From assembly GCA_037379345.1 (NCBI GenBank), contig CM074515.1, positions 15,190,001-15,254,000 of the forward strand: a stretch of DNA of 64,000 bases, read 5' to 3'. Position numbers and translations under genes: made by a program. The DNA is from Perna viridis (taxonomy: Eukaryota). The notes under the pieces are model-generated. The model saw nothing but the letters and a program-made list of their open reading frames with translations, was not told where the DNA came from and searched no databases. This document shows positions 14,440 to 28,050 of the stretch, piece by piece (position 1 is the first letter of the stretch; each line of letters opens with the position of its first letter).

Positions 14440-15219
14440 TGTCATCACTTGGCATCTGTCGTCGTTATTGTTAACAATTTTTCAAAACTCTTCTCCTCTG
14501 AAACTGCCGGACCAATTGGAACCAAACTTGATGTGAATGTTCCTTAGGGTATTCTGCATAAAACAGGAGTGGGGGAATATTTGATTCGTATGAAAATTTG
14601 GCCACACTTACCAAAAAAAAAAAAAAATTGGGGTCAGATAGAAGTTTTCCCCATATATCCCGAAACCGTTAGGTTTAGCAAAATTCTGATTGGGTGAAAG
14701 TGTTCAGAATAATGAGATTCATCTGTGGTCAAATTTTCATTCTAATCTATTAAGCCATGTTGGAGTAATTGCCCTTTTTCGACAATTTTTTCTCTATTTT
14801 TAATGTTTCTTTAAAAAATCTTCTGGACCAATTTGAACCAAATTTGGTATGGATATTCATTAGGTTATTGTGCATAGATCTGACATGGGGATTTTTGATC
14901 CGTTGAAAAATTTGGCTGCTGTTACTAAAGTGATCGTAATCATAAGGCCTACAAAAGTCTGCATTTGAATCACAGTTGTCAGATGACTCCTTGTTTGAGT
15001 TATTGCCCTTGAAAGGTGAAAAATGATATTTTCATCCAATATCTTTATAGATATATTGAATAGAAAGAAACTTTCAATTATGAATTGATCCTTATAATAA
15101 GGCCTACAAAAGTCTTCAATGAGTCAAAATATTAGGTCAACTCCTTGTCATAGTTATTGCCACTGAAAGGCAAGACTTGAACCAGGTGAGTGATTCAGGC
15201 TCCTTGGAGCCTCCTGTTT
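14440..15219 (+). mobile_element. Helentron-associated non-autonomous element (HINE-like), 5'-eroded
   Basis: Has a GTCGTCGT tract, internal TCTTCTCCTCTGAAACT..ACCAAACTT repeats and a 3' CAGGTGAG..AGGCTCC-TT-GGAGCCT hairpin before TTT. It resembles 23823-25009. Confidence 0.7.
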
Positions 15220-17217
15220 GATATTAGCTAAGGTAATACTTCTTGTGAAATTAGTAAAGGAAGAAGTCCTCATAAAGGTAATCAATAATATTCTCACCTT
15301 TGAACTCAAAACAACTGATTGACAGAGAGGGATCTTAATTAGTTTTCTATTTTTGACAAAAATAAATATTTAGCATTTAATACATTGTAGCTTATATCTT
15401 TGAAGGAACATTCTAGTGAATGTTAAACTGTAAATGGCATGATTATTTTTGGAAATACCCTATTCAACTTTATCCTAATTACAGGTTACACCTGCCTCAT
15501 ATTATAATCGTGAATGATAGTGCTAAGATACATATCAAATACACATATGTATGTAAAAGCAATCGACAGAATTTGGAGATGAAGTGACATTATATTCATT
15601 TGATATTGAAATGGTAAACAAAAAACATCTAATTTTAAACATACAGCTTACAAGAATAAATCTTGCCATGAAAAATACTCTTTTAATAATGGACTCTGCC
15701 TGATGAAGAATGTAGACATTGTACCAAAGTCAAAATCTTTTTGTTCAATAACATTTTTGTTGTCCGGACAACTTAATGGCTTAGGTTTTTATTGTTGATT
15801 GCACACAATATAAAATTAGAAAGTCTGACAAATCACCCATGGAATATCAATGTCTGTAGTCTGCCTACAAGTCCAATATGTATCCTATCATCTCATAGAT
15901 CGTACGACTCAGTTGACTTGGTTTTGGCATCAACTATTCCATCATTTTGATTTGCTGGAAGAGATGTGTTAAAATATCTGAATGTGACTTATACAGGACC
16001 CAGCCAATCAATAAAGGAAAACTGACAATTTAAGTAAATATGGGGATGAATATCGATTGTGTCTATATATCGAAGGTTAACTTCACCGTCTCATTCACCC
16101 TTCAGCTGATATGTGTAGTATTGTTCCTCAGCTTCAGTTCACTGAATTCTAAGATTTTAAATAGCTGTGTTCAAGTTATTTGATATCCATATTATTTGAA
16201 TGAGACTGCATTAAATATAGATGTAAACCGGATGAGAAATTTAGATATGGTCAATTTAAGCAGAAAAATTGATGTCATTTATCTTATAGCATATGCTTTT
16301 ATTTTAATATCTAAATCTCTAAAAAAAATTATGGTGGTACATTATATAATTGTGATTAGTAAAACTATTATTGTTGAGTTTCTTTTATACTTGCGTATGA
16401 ATCTATGTGATATGACAAGATTTTGTTCAGTTATAAATTAATTGGTTTCATCTTATACCATCTTAAAGTTAAAATTGCCAAGGCTTAGAAACTTATATAC
16501 AATGTATTGAACTTTCATTGTAATCATTATTGAGGAGAGATGGCAATCAGAGGGTTGGTTTTAGGGTTTAATTCTAATCATAAAGAACAAAAATGTGAAC
16601 CCTAAATTGGCCAGAATATAAATACCCCAGTCTTTATCACAGTAGGCCAGAGTGTCGATAGAGCAGCCCAGCTGCTAGTAGGACACTCTGAGTTCTTTGG
16701 TCAGGTATCCCAAAGGCTGGACTCTGCTACCTCCGACTACTAACCTCTACTAACAGAATTCCATTTTGAGACCTTATAAAAATTGGCCCATTACCATTTC
16801 ATTGGGATTTTGAGACCTAATAAATAGTAGCCCATTACCATTTCATGGGGGGACCATCCTAACAATAGAATTACCTAGCATTTACTAGTTATCTCATTAT
16901 TTTGTTTTTGATAAGACTAGACCTTTCAAGAATGATGTTCAGGTCATTACTTGAAAGATTGTTCTTAAATACCCATAGAAAGACCTTATTGGTTGTAGTA
17001 TTAGGAGATAAATAAATTAGTGTGTTTACCATCAGCTGGAAAAAAAGTATTTTAGTTATTGTAAGTCTCAAGAGATGCTATGTTCAAATAAAACTGAACA
17101 AAATCAATACTCAAATAAAGCAATAAAGTCATGACATCTTGCAAGCACTCAACATAGACCTAACAATCTATTTTAAAGGAAAATTTCAATTTTGTCATAC
17201 ACAATATTAGTATTTAA

Positions 17218-17429
17218 GGAGGTAGACCTAGGGTAATGGACATAACTCGTGAAATCAGTGATATGTTTGTATTATACTCAATTTCACCAAAGCTTCTCAA
17301 GCTTTCATTTGAAGCAGAATAAAATGAATCCAAGTTAATTAGATGCTTATAGAAGATTGGTGTAAAATGCTGAATACGAATGTTCCAATGATGTTTAAGA
17401 GTTGTGTCCCTTACCCTAGGTCTACCTCC
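17218..17429. mobile_element. Palindromic MITE (Kolobok-like, TTAA site), copy 1
   Basis: ~30-bp TIR GGAGGTAGACCTAGGGTAA(T/G)GGACA(T/C)AACTC with TTAA on the left; second copy at 32534-32746. Confidence 0.8.
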
Positions 17430-17541
17430 TGAAACCAAAAAGGTCTTCAGTTAGGGTTGCTATGAAGTAATGTAAATATGTTTGCTAGTGGTTTCAGTTT
17501 GTCTTGTGTTTAAAAGTTCTCTGATACTTATATATTTCCAG

Positions 17542-17698
17542 ATGCTCAAAATATACAGATTCCTGGGGACAACCCTTTGACAGCTGATGGTGGAAGCAAT
17601 TTAGTTCTCTCTTGTGATGCATCTGGGCCAGATGCAGGTGAAAATCCACAATTAGAATGGTATGATCAAAAAGGAAACCGAATTGGATCAGGTGGGAG
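17542..17698 (+). CDS. NCAM: NCAM/Fas2-like exon, Ig1 N-half (AQNIQIPGDNPLTADGGSNLVLSCDASGPDAGENPQLEWYDQKGNRIGSGG)
   Basis: TTTCCAG acceptor, AG|GTAATA donor, phase 1-2, Ig Cys and Trp. Confidence 0.88.
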
Positions 17699-18535
17699 GT
17701 AATACATGTACATGTAGTTCTAGTAACATTTTAGATTGTGTTGTACATCTTTTCAAAATGAATGCTGATTTCAGCCTCAATTCTGGTCATTACTTACTCT
17801 TTTTAAAAGTGTCTGTGTCATACATGGTCACAAGTATTCAGTACTACACAATCAATCCAGAAAAGAGTGAAAAGTATTGGGTTTTTTTTATCCTTTATGA
17901 TCAAAATACATTATGTCACCAATTTATGCCTGGAACTTCCCTAATGTTTCTAAACTCTGCACAAAAATATTGTCCAAATGTAATTAATTTTATATCATTC
18001 AAGATCTCTTTTAAAACCAGTAAATATGTTTCTAGCAATTTTTCAGCTCATAATATTTTATTATTTCTGCAAAATAAAATCAGAATCAACTGCAGACTTG
18101 AGGGACTCCTTTTTGTCCTTGAAACCAGAAAGATGTTTAGTAATAAAACATTTATTGAATTATTTTACATCGTGCATTCTTTGAAAGTTTGTTCATTCTA
18201 ACTTTTCACCATAATCAAAAACTTTCAGTGCTAACAGCACTTTGTTTAACCTCTAAGCCTTGTTTCAGTGTAGGCTTTTTTATTGTCTATGGTTTAAATT
18301 TAACCATAATTTTGACATTTCTTAGTTTTATTGACCATTTTGTCTAATTTTTTCAAATGATAGTTTTTTTGGTTTAAATTTCAAGTTATAATACCTATAT
18401 ACCCCTTTAAGCCAAACATTTTTAAAACTGAATGTGATACACTGCCTTAAATGCCTGGAAATTTCTCTATCAACAAAATACTGGGAAAGTTGGCCTTAGT
18501 GATGTTACATTAATGCGTTTTACTATTTTATTCAG

Positions 18536-18675
18536 AAAAATGGTCTTGCAAGTTGATAATCACCATCTGAAGTTGTTAATAAATGACGTTGAGGAGGATG
18601 ACGCTGGAACATACAACTGTACAGGAAACATCAATGGCAAACTTGAAAGTGCTCATGTCTTTGTTAAAACAAAAA
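18536..18675 (+). CDS. NCAM: NCAM-like exon, Ig1 C-half (KMVLQVDNHHLKLLINDVEEDDAGTYNCTG...)
   Basis: TTCAG acceptor, A|GTAGGT donor, phase 2-1, DxGxYxC motif. Confidence 0.92.
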
Positions 18676-19013
18676 GTAGGTACCTCTTCCCTTTGTTGTA
18701 GGCAAAGGCTTAACCACTCTTAGATTGCATACACTATGTTGAATTCAGGCTAGGTACCTTGATTGCACACTGCCTACAACTATGAATGTATTTATTTTAA
18801 AATAACCAATTCAAGCTCTGGTTCAATACATATATGTGAAATTGAATACAGACAATCTGGTTGTAGAAGAAATACAAGACTGAAATGCGTAAAAACAGGA
18901 AGTTCAACATGTTTAAGGATTGAGATACAGGAGGCGTAGCAAGGTGAAGCTTCATAAATGCCTATGGTATCTTAGGTAAAGATTAGAACGCTAATTCAAA
19001 ATATGTTGCAGTT

Positions 19014-19891
19014 AGGCCAAAAAAAAAAAATGTGTGTTTATGGTCACCTGACCGACCCTCATTTTATCGCTGCGACCCTAACTTTTTTTTATCAGCAATT
19101 TTCTGAAATTCTGGAAATTCCTGCTGGTCACAATATTTATTATTAAACAACAATGGCAACCTCCCGTGCCAGCACTCCCAGCAATTTAAAAGTTTGTTTG
19201 TTTGTTTGTTTGTTGGGGTTTAACGTCCGAGCAGCAATATTCCAGCTATATTCAGACGATGAACATGCAATTGATGATAAAATGAACATGAAATGATGAT
19301 AAAATGAAAAAGGGATGGGACACAAGGACAATGGGGTCGACAAATTTTGATTGCCACTGGAAATAGGGAGAGGTGGGTAGGGTTGGGCAATTTAGCCTCC
19401 TGTGGCGGAGCCCTATGGTTCCTACTCTGGGAGAATACCACAGTAGGGTTCTTTAACGTATGAGAAACGTGGCATCTTTCCCAACACGGTGCACCACTAT
19501 GGTTTGCGGTCAGGTTTTCCGTATTATAGCCTGACAACCCCAGCATGTAACACGCCAGGGATAACCCATTCCACCACCTGGGGTACACATCCCAGTTGCC
19601 CCCGGCTAGGGTTCTGAGCACTTTTTAGTCGCCTTTTACGACAAGCTTAGTGCTGCTGCAGGCCTATTCTCTTAACACCCGGACCTGCACAGGGGCCAAT
19701 TTAAAAAGAAAACTAGCTGATAGACATGCATGTGCACCATTACAGTGTCTTCTTTTTCTCTCTGTATTGCTCATTAGTCAAGAAACAACAATGGAACTCC
19801 CCCTCCCAGGGGAAAAAATAAATATACCTACAGACCCTATTTTTTTTTCAGCATATGACAGTAAACACCCATATTTTTTTTTTTTTGCCCT
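19014..19891. mobile_element. MITE (AGGCCA(A)n..TGTGTTT termini) hosting a nested retro-insertion
   Basis: Inverted ends AGGCCAAAAA..TGTGTGTTTA / TAAACACCCATA(T)n GCCCT; a related short copy lies at 35025-35242. Confidence 0.65.
19192..19696 (-). mobile_element. ~500-bp SINE-like / non-LTR-derived retroposon
   Basis: GC-rich body, (CAAA)n 3' tail on the minus strand, and a 10-bp direct repeat CAATTTAAAA on both sides (TSD). Confidence 0.75.
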
Positions 19892-20025
19892 ATCTTCATT
19901 CTTCCTTTAAACAACCTTTTTTTTAAAAGATAATCCAAGGTGTCACCAGATTGATGTGCATGATAAATTTTTTGATTCACTCATTTACTCATCCATCCAA
20001 CCATTCATTCATTCATTCTTCATTA

Positions 20026-21611
20026 CAGTAGATTCCGCTTAATTGCATAGCCTATTTGCCAGTAAAAATTATGCAAATAACCGGGCTATTCTTATAACCG
20101 AAATTTCGATTTTACCGGAAGTGCGAGTTCAGGTAAGACGACGATACTGTAGATCAACCAGGGATATCACTGTTCAACATTTCTGATCTGGTATTTAATT
20201 GTTATAGACTTTCTCATTGTATTGTTCTTTTATCAATAAATAATAATATATATTGTGTTTGTCTTGTTTATTGACCTTCTTTACGCTTTGTGTATTTATA
20301 AGTAAAACCACGTGTTTCTCATCTATAAATAGTCAAGTAATTTCCTGAACTTTCTACGAAAGCAAATCCCATATTTCATATTTCAGGCAGGATTCAGTGT
20401 AATAATCATCAATGTTTGCAGTTTTTGGGCTTTTGAAATGGTCTGTGTGTTTTTATTCCTCTGTTCATTGTACAGGCTAAAAACCACTAATTCCACTTTC
20501 CATAGGCTTCTATGCTAATTTCACAATATTCAATGGCTTCTCTGGACTTTACCTTAACTTTAACCTGCAGAGGACTATATATCAGCATGATTCTACATAT
20601 GTCAGCTCACAATCCTCAGAATGGCAGAGTGGGGTTAGCAGACTTGCAGTGCAGTACTGGTCACCGGAAGTGAAGGGTCTATAAATAGCATGGGAAATCC
20701 CAGTGTTTTCACAAGATAGGGGTATATTTAAAAATCATTATGGAGATTAGGCTTCACATCACAAGAAGCAAAATGCACCTATAAAATGTACAGAAATGTT
20801 TTTCCTTTCAGAAACTGTTTAAATTTTTTAAATAAGATGAGAACTTTTTTCACAGCACTATGAGGAACAGGGGTAATTTCTGCATAGGACTATTTTTGCG
20901 TACGTTCCAAATGCTCATTGGTTGAATTGGTGGTCTGTAACCTACACTGATAGTTGTGTATTATACGCGTCATTGACCTCGATATATTCCTATGAAGAGT
21001 GGATAGTATGGGGCACCTTAGGGTAGTTGAATTTCATTAGACATTGTACTGAATGAATGACTTTTAATTTTCGTATGATATTTATGCCTAGTAACCCAAG
21101 CTCACTCAAAACTGTTCAGCTCATTAAAGAAAATTAAATTTACATTGATAATCATTTGTAGTCGGAAGAATTTAAATAGTAACAAAAAATACCCCAAGCC
21201 GAACCTCAAGCCGCATCATAAGGTGATGTTCGGCATGTCATCAGAAGTCATTGTTCACCTAGGTGCTTGTTTATTTTAATGTAATTAGAAATCATTTATA
21301 TTGTCTTTTATGTCCATGATTTTTTAATCCATTATTACCACCTCCTGATTGATGATAATCTAGTTTTTACAACAATAAATATGATTGACATATTTATGAC
21401 CCGAAGGCTTAAAATAGAATTTGGGAAAACCTGTCTTTACCTGGGTGAGGCAAAATTCTCTATGCAATAAACCGAAATGCACCTCCAAGGCCTATGCAAA
21501 TAAGCGATTTTTTCCCTAATAGAATAATAGGAAATGGTTTTGTGCAGGAGAAAATTATGCTAATAACCGAAATATGCAATTAAGCGATATGCGATTAAGT
21601 GGAGTCGACTG
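20026..21611. mobile_element. Non-autonomous Tc1/mariner-pogo-type DNA transposon
   Basis: TA|CAGTAGATTCCGCTTAATTGCATA ... TATGCGATTAAGTGGAGTCGACTG|TA gives a ~24-bp TIR with TA TSD and subterminal TATGC.AATAACCG repeats. Confidence 0.85.
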
Positions 21612-21639
21612 TACTTACTTTCTGAAGAAACACACTTTA

Positions 21640-22215
21640 ACTTATGGATTACTATACTTAACTGTATATGCTTTTGCACTCTGTATGCATGAGCACCTGC
21701 ACTTCACTGGTTTTTAAATGGAATTAGACAATATTCTTGTCCAGTAGATTGTTACATGTAGGGCAGAGGAATTAAATGCGATCTTTCAGGCAATTATCTA
21801 AAAATTCCTATTTGTTAAATTCTTTTTGGTTTATAAATTTATAATTTAGAGAGGTTATTTATAGATCGGAATTTAGTATATTGAGTCTAGAACATCATCA
21901 TTTTAAATAAAAAGTTCTAAACTTTGGATATTGAATCTAGCTGTGATTCGAACATTTGCATAATTCATAATAACAAATTGTTCCTATCATATATTATGTT
22001 TGAGAGTTTGTTAATTTTACTTGAATTTATTTGCATTTCAATATTATGAGAGTTTATTAATTTTACTTGAATTTATTTGCATTTCAATGTTATAAATGCT
22101 GTGCTGTAATATTTACTTTCATGATAAAATTATATTTCCTTGGATGGCTTAATTTTTAGCAGTGGCCATATTTATACACTAGGAGACCCAAACCCATCAT
22201 TTCCACTGTGACAAA
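21640..22215. repeat. ~570-bp dispersed repeat, copy 1 (copy 2 at ~39885-40460)
   Basis: Collinear similarity from CTGCACTTCACTGGT to AAACCCATCATTTT.CACTGTGACA. Confidence 0.8.
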
Positions 22216-22499
22216 GGCACATTTAAAGTATTAATTTCTGTTATGTAGATATTTGATGATTGATAAATAAGGTTTTTTCCATCTTGGAATATGGACTTGG
22301 TAGTTTCGAATGGTTTCTAGTCAATTTAAATTCCCTCCATTAACCAATCAAATTAATATGTGAATTCACATAAAAAATGACAGAATAACAGCTCATCAAA
22401 GTATGAACTTATGAAAGTAAAGGGAATTTCAAATGTTTTTATTTTGTGTCATAGCTGTACACATTTACTTGGTGTTTAAGTTCTAACCCTCTGTTTCAG

Positions 22500-22640
22500 T
22501 GCCATTGGTAGTTACAGAGGAACAAGCCCCTAGAACACAGTACTTTGCAGAGGGGTCAGATGCCCGTATTAAATGTAACCCTCAAGGCGATGTTACTGTG
22601 AGCTGGACAGATCGTAACGAAGTCCCCATCACATCCACAG
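22500..22640 (+). CDS. NCAM: NCAM-like exon, Ig2 N-half (PLVVTEEQAPRTQYFAEGSDARIKCNPQGDVTVSW...)
   Basis: TTTCAG acceptor, CAG|GTAAGA donor, phase 1-1; AP.xQ.F.EG.DA.I.C resembles NCAM Ig2. Confidence 0.93.
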
Positions 22641-23822
22641 GTAAGATTTTTAACAGTGTAAGAATTAAAGTGGAGTATGTTTCATACTTACAAAATATTG
22701 TCCATGAACTTGAGTATTTAAAATCATTTTAGTTTAATTGCTATTTTTTTGTGAATGTATTATTAAATCAATGAAAACATTACTGACAAACACAGGATCT
22801 GACCATTAAGTCAAAATATTTAGGAAATGTCCCCTAATTGTTTATTGGAAAGTAATTGACTGGTGTGCAACATATTATTGTGATAGTGTTTTGTCTGTAT
22901 TTGATGAGTTGATTGCATAATTATATTAGGGTACACATGCCTTTGCCAGGCACCAATGCGTCTACGAATGAATTGAAGTTACATAGTGAATAATTGATTT
23001 ATAAATTTAAGAAAAAGATATACAAAATTCTACAAACTCCATCATTTTCCTGTCAATCTTTCAGTGGTAAAGGAGGCATGTGGTGCTGAAACAGTCTGTT
23101 AAGTATAATCATTCAGTTGGAGTTTTTAATCATTAATTTATCGATTGAATCTTTTAATTACAGACAACACACCATTTGAAACAATATATTCATGATTCTC
23201 TTTTATTTACCAACATGGTCATCACTAGGAACATCTTGACTGTTTTCTGATGTGATGAAAAAGTCAGAGAAATACAATGTTTTGTTTACTTGTTCAAATG
23301 TCCACGTGTGGTTGAAACCAACTTTGTTAATTTTTTACACTTTCAGATATTTTGTAACAGACATAGCATGTGATGAAATAACACACATTCCTGTATTTAT
23401 CTTGAAATGACTGCAAAAAAAGTGTTTTTTTAAGTTTATTCTCAATCTAAGCATATAAAAGACCAACACAAACACCCAACTTCAATCCTGAAGTGTGATG
23501 AAATGATCGACATGGCCTGTCAAAATTTCCATAGCCTTGGTATATAGGAAATTTAGGCTGCATGCATTGGTAGTCTCAATACTTTTTTTCAAATTGGCCT
23601 TTTGTATCACAGCAGGTGATAAAATATTCAATCTTTCGTTAAACCACTTTGAAGACTTATTTTTTGGAAACTGTGTAGAAACATTTATGATGGATATCGG
23701 TATCTAGTCATTACTTTTGTAAGGAATCTTTCCTTTATGACTTTGTTCTATCAACTATTTATTTGGTTTTTAAGCCTTGTAAAAATTTATTATTTGTTTT
23801 CATTTTTTTCTAAAGTTATAAC

Positions 23823-25009
23823 TTTTTAGCTCACCTAGCTGAAAGGCCATGTGAGCTATTACCATCACCATGTGTCAGTTGTCATCGTCCGTCAACTTTT
23901 TCAAACATCTTCTCCTCTGAAACTACTTGATAGAATGTAACTAAATATTGCATGAATATTCCTGTGGGTATTTATAAAAATCCTTGGGTTGGGATTTTTG
24001 ATCTGGCAAAAAAAGATGTCCACTGTTACTAAAAATAGACCACAGGAGTCAAATTGCAGAATTTTGAAAATTACTCAGTAAGAGTTGTGTTTATCTGGCA
24101 GAGGGCAAAATTTTTCAGCATGATGGAGTAGACCCACACCAAAATTTTAAGAAAGATCTGTTGAGGAATAAATGAGTTATGGGTCCTGAAATGGATTTTT
24201 TCCCAAATTTTACATTTTGAACTTTGAAAATCGTCTCCTCTGAAACTACTAGATGGATTGAAACAAAACTTAGCATAAATGTTATTTATAACATTTTTAA
24301 CAATCTGTGTTTGTGGATTTTTGATCTTGTGAAAAACATGGCTGCCATTACTTAAAATAAACCATTGGATAAAATTGCAGAATTTTGTGTACAACTCAAA
24401 AGCAGTTGGGTTTAGCTAAAATCTGGCAGCGGGAAAAATTGTTCAACATGATGAGTTGAACCTATGCCAAAATTTTCAGAAATATCAATTGACAGACAAA
24501 TGAGTTATGGGTCCTGAAATGGATTTTTTCCAGAATTTTTGTATTTCCACTTTTAAAAATCTTCTCGTCCTAAACTACTGGATTGATTGTAACCAAACTT
24601 TGCATGAATGTACCTTACAATATCCTTAACAGTCTATATGTGGATATTTTTGATCTAGCATAAACCATGGCCAATGTTACTAAAAATAGACCATAGGTGA
24701 TGATTTTTGGAAATAGCCTGTAAACAATTTCTGACAGTGTAAGATTGATCAGCTGTGTGAGAACCATCTTTGCCAAAATTTTCATGAAGATTGGTTGACC
24801 AATGTTGGAGTTATTGCCCCTGAATAAGAAGATGACTTTGAGAAATTAATTTTATAATATGAAAACCTTGTAGATAACTAAGATGCTCTCTATTGATTAA
24901 ATGATTCTTGTGACAATAGTACAGTAAGGTCAGGAGTCCAGCTTTAGAAAGATGAAAAAGATTATCTTTTACCATTTAAGCGATTCAGGCTCTTTAGAGC
25001 CTCTAGTTT
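23823..25009 (+). mobile_element. Helentron-associated non-autonomous element (HINE-like) with ~325-bp internal repeats
   Basis: 5' TTTTTAGCTCACCT..GTGAGCTA inverted repeat, GTCATCGTCCGTC tract, three internal units (about 23900, 24228, 24555) and 3' hairpin AGGCTC-TTTA-GAGCCT before TTTT. Confidence 0.78.
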
Positions 25010-25049
25010 TTGTAAGATTCATGGATACAAAGTTAATCAGTTAATACTA

Positions 25050-27666
25050 GAGTCCATGGGCTGGGAGGGTTCACTGTGCACCCCCCCCCAACTCATCAAC
25101 TTCATGATGTTTTTTAGATACCTTTATACCTCCCATTACCGATTCAATTTGTCGCTAAAGAATATTCTTGGAATCTATTTCAGTATAAACCTATATTTGT
25201 TCCCAACTGGGTCTAAAAGCCAAGATTTTTGTGACTCAATTGTTTGACCGTCTAAGTCTTCCTGGGATAGCATGTGTGAACAAACTTAATATATTTAGGT
25301 ATTTTCATGTAGCCAAATGTCTGAGCTTTCCAATGATACCAAAACAGTTGCGGTAACACTTAGAGTTAAAGGAAAATATGAAAATAATATACCCCTACCC
25401 TGCCAAAAAATCACTTAAATTGGCATATTTTTCAATGTCAAAACCCCTAGAGATTTTATGCTTCTGTAAAAAATGGCTTATTTGGCATTTTCTGTTTTGT
25501 ATTATCACAATTTATAATTCTGGGGTTCTTTTGATGAATTTTGCCAATTTTCGTAGTCAGAATTTATCCAAAAATGCAAAAAATTGAAACATCCCAAACT
25601 TGGTTTCATTCGATAGATAATTTTATTTTCTACATAAATAAACCACAAAAAACTAATTTTCAAGAAAGATTTTTAAAAAAATAGTCAAAATATTACCCCT
25701 ACCCCTAGGAAACTGCTCACAGTATCGAACAGAATTCTCATTCACATCATACCAAGAGTGTAGAACTCATATTTTAAGCATTCATAATTAAGATAAAGAC
25801 ATACAAAACATATCTGATCAATTCAGGCAATTAGTTTTTCCTTTTAGGGTGACAATTACTATAAAATCGGAAAAATCAGAAATTTAAGAATTTCAGAAAT
25901 TTCTTCTATATCACCCGTTAAGTCTTTTTTTTCGAATTCCGTAGTTTAAACAAGCTTTTACATGATACAGCTCATTAATGTTATGTCTAATCTTTAAAAT
26001 GAGCCTAAGCAATAAATATTTGAACATTTTCATGCCATGTTAGGTGGGATAATGCCACCCCAATGAAAAAAAATGCCTCAACATGAACTTAAATGTTATT
26101 TTTTGGCAGATAAAGGGTGTACAAAAGACAAGTTGGATTCTTTTATTTTAATTAGCGATGTATCTAACATATCTTCTCATTTTAAGCGCCATTTTTTCAG
26201 TTTCATTGTAACAATAATGAGTTTTTCATAAAAAAGGGGAATTTTCGGAATTTGATATTTCACATGTAATTGTCAACATTTTTCAAATACTGTACTTCAA
26301 ACAAGCTTTTGTATATTCAAACACAATTATATAGTGTCTAGCTAATGAACCAAAGTAATAAATATTTGAACTTTTCCAAGATCAATTAAGTGAAAAACTG
26401 CAACCCTTACCCAAGAATATCTCAACATGGACCAAAATGTTAATTTTAAGCATATAATATATATGCAAAAAAGACATGTTGAGTACTTGTGTTTTATATA
26501 TCGATGTATTAAACATGTTCTTATTTCAGGCGAGTATTTTCAGTTTGAAGCTGACAATAACGAGTTTTTTCATAAAATGGGTAATTTTCGGAATTTCATA
26601 TTTTCTTCCATCGCACATGTAATGGGTATTGTTTTTCAAGTATCCTTGCTAATTAAAACAAAAGAACCCAACTTGTCTATTGTACACCCTCTATTTGCCA
26701 AAAATTCACATTTAAATTCATGTTGAGGCTTGTTTAAACTACGGAATACTAAAAAAAAAAAAAGAAGATTCTGAAATTCTGAAATTTCCCATTTTTCCGA
26801 TTTTATAGTAATTGTCACCCTAAAAGGAAAAACTAAGCACCTGCATTGATAAGCAATGTTTTATACATCTTTATCTTAATAATGAATGCTTAAAATATGA
26901 GTTCTACAATCTTGGTATGATGTGAATGAGAATTCTATTTGATACTGTGACCAGTTTTCTAGGAGTAGGGGTAATATTTTTACCATTTTTTGAAAAATCT
27001 TTCTTGAAAATTAATTTTTTATGGGTTATTTATGTAGAAAATAAAATTATCTATCGAATGATACCAAATTTGAGATGTTTTAGTTGAGCAATAATTTGCA
27101 GAGTGGAATTTATCCAACCTTTACGGAAAATTTGAAAATCCCATTTTTTGCATTTTTGGATAAATTCTGACTACAAAAATCGGCAAAATTTATCAAAAGA
27201 ACCCCAGAAGTATAAATTGTGATAATACGGAACAGAAAATACTAAATAAACCATTTTTTACTGACGTATAAATATTCGAGGGGTTTTGGCATTGAAAAAT
27301 ATGTCAATTTAAGCAATTTTTCGGCGGGGTTGGGGTACATTTTAATCATTTAACCCAAAACCCTAAGTGTTACTGCAACGGTATTGGTACCATTGTAAAG
27401 CTGAGACATTGGGCTGCATAATGATTCATACATATGTAAGTTTACTTTTTCTTGAAGAAAGAAGAAGTTCATAGAATCAAAATACTCAAAAAATTGATTT
27501 TTGCCTCAACGAGGTATAAAAAGTATCCGAAAAATACAAAAAATGCTCCAGTGAATTTTTAGGTGTCAAAAATATTTTGAAATGGGAGGTATAAGGGTAC
27601 ATGAAAATCATATTTTGGATGATGAATGGGAGGGGGATGCACGGGGGTTATCTCAGCCCACGTACT
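25050..27666. mobile_element. 2.6-kb foldback element with ~0.9-kb imperfect inverted arms and an internally repeated core
   Basis: 25600-25900 is the reverse complement of about 26770-27075; ends are AGTCCATGGGCTGGGA / TCTCAGCCCACGTACT; no ORF. Confidence 0.88.
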
Positions 27667-27667
27667 A

Positions 27668-28050
27668 CTATATTTTGGCAATAGATTTAATGCTTATCAG
27701 AAAATACTTTATTTAGGCATCAGATTTGATGCTTTTCCGAAAATACTTTCTGTAAGCAATATATCCAATGCTTATCTGAATATACTTTATTTAGGCAATA
27801 AAGTCAATGCTTATCTGTTAATTTTTTATTTAGGCAGTTGATTCAATGCTTATCTGTTAATTTTTTATTTAGGCAGTTGATTCAATGCTTGTCTGTTAAT
27901 AATTTATTTAGGCAACAGATTCAAAGCTTATCTGTTAATTATATTTTTAGGCAATAGATTTCATGCTTATCTGTTAATACTTAATTTAGGCAACAGATTC
28001 AATGTACTCTATTATGCAATAAATTAACTGATTATTTGTTAATAATTTAG
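27668..28050. repeat. ~39-bp minisatellite ending at and resembling the acceptor of the Ig2 C-half exon
   Basis: Unit TTTAGGCAATAGATTCAATGCTTATCTGTTAAT..; the real junction is TGTTAATAATTTAG|GTGATAGAT. Confidence 0.85.
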
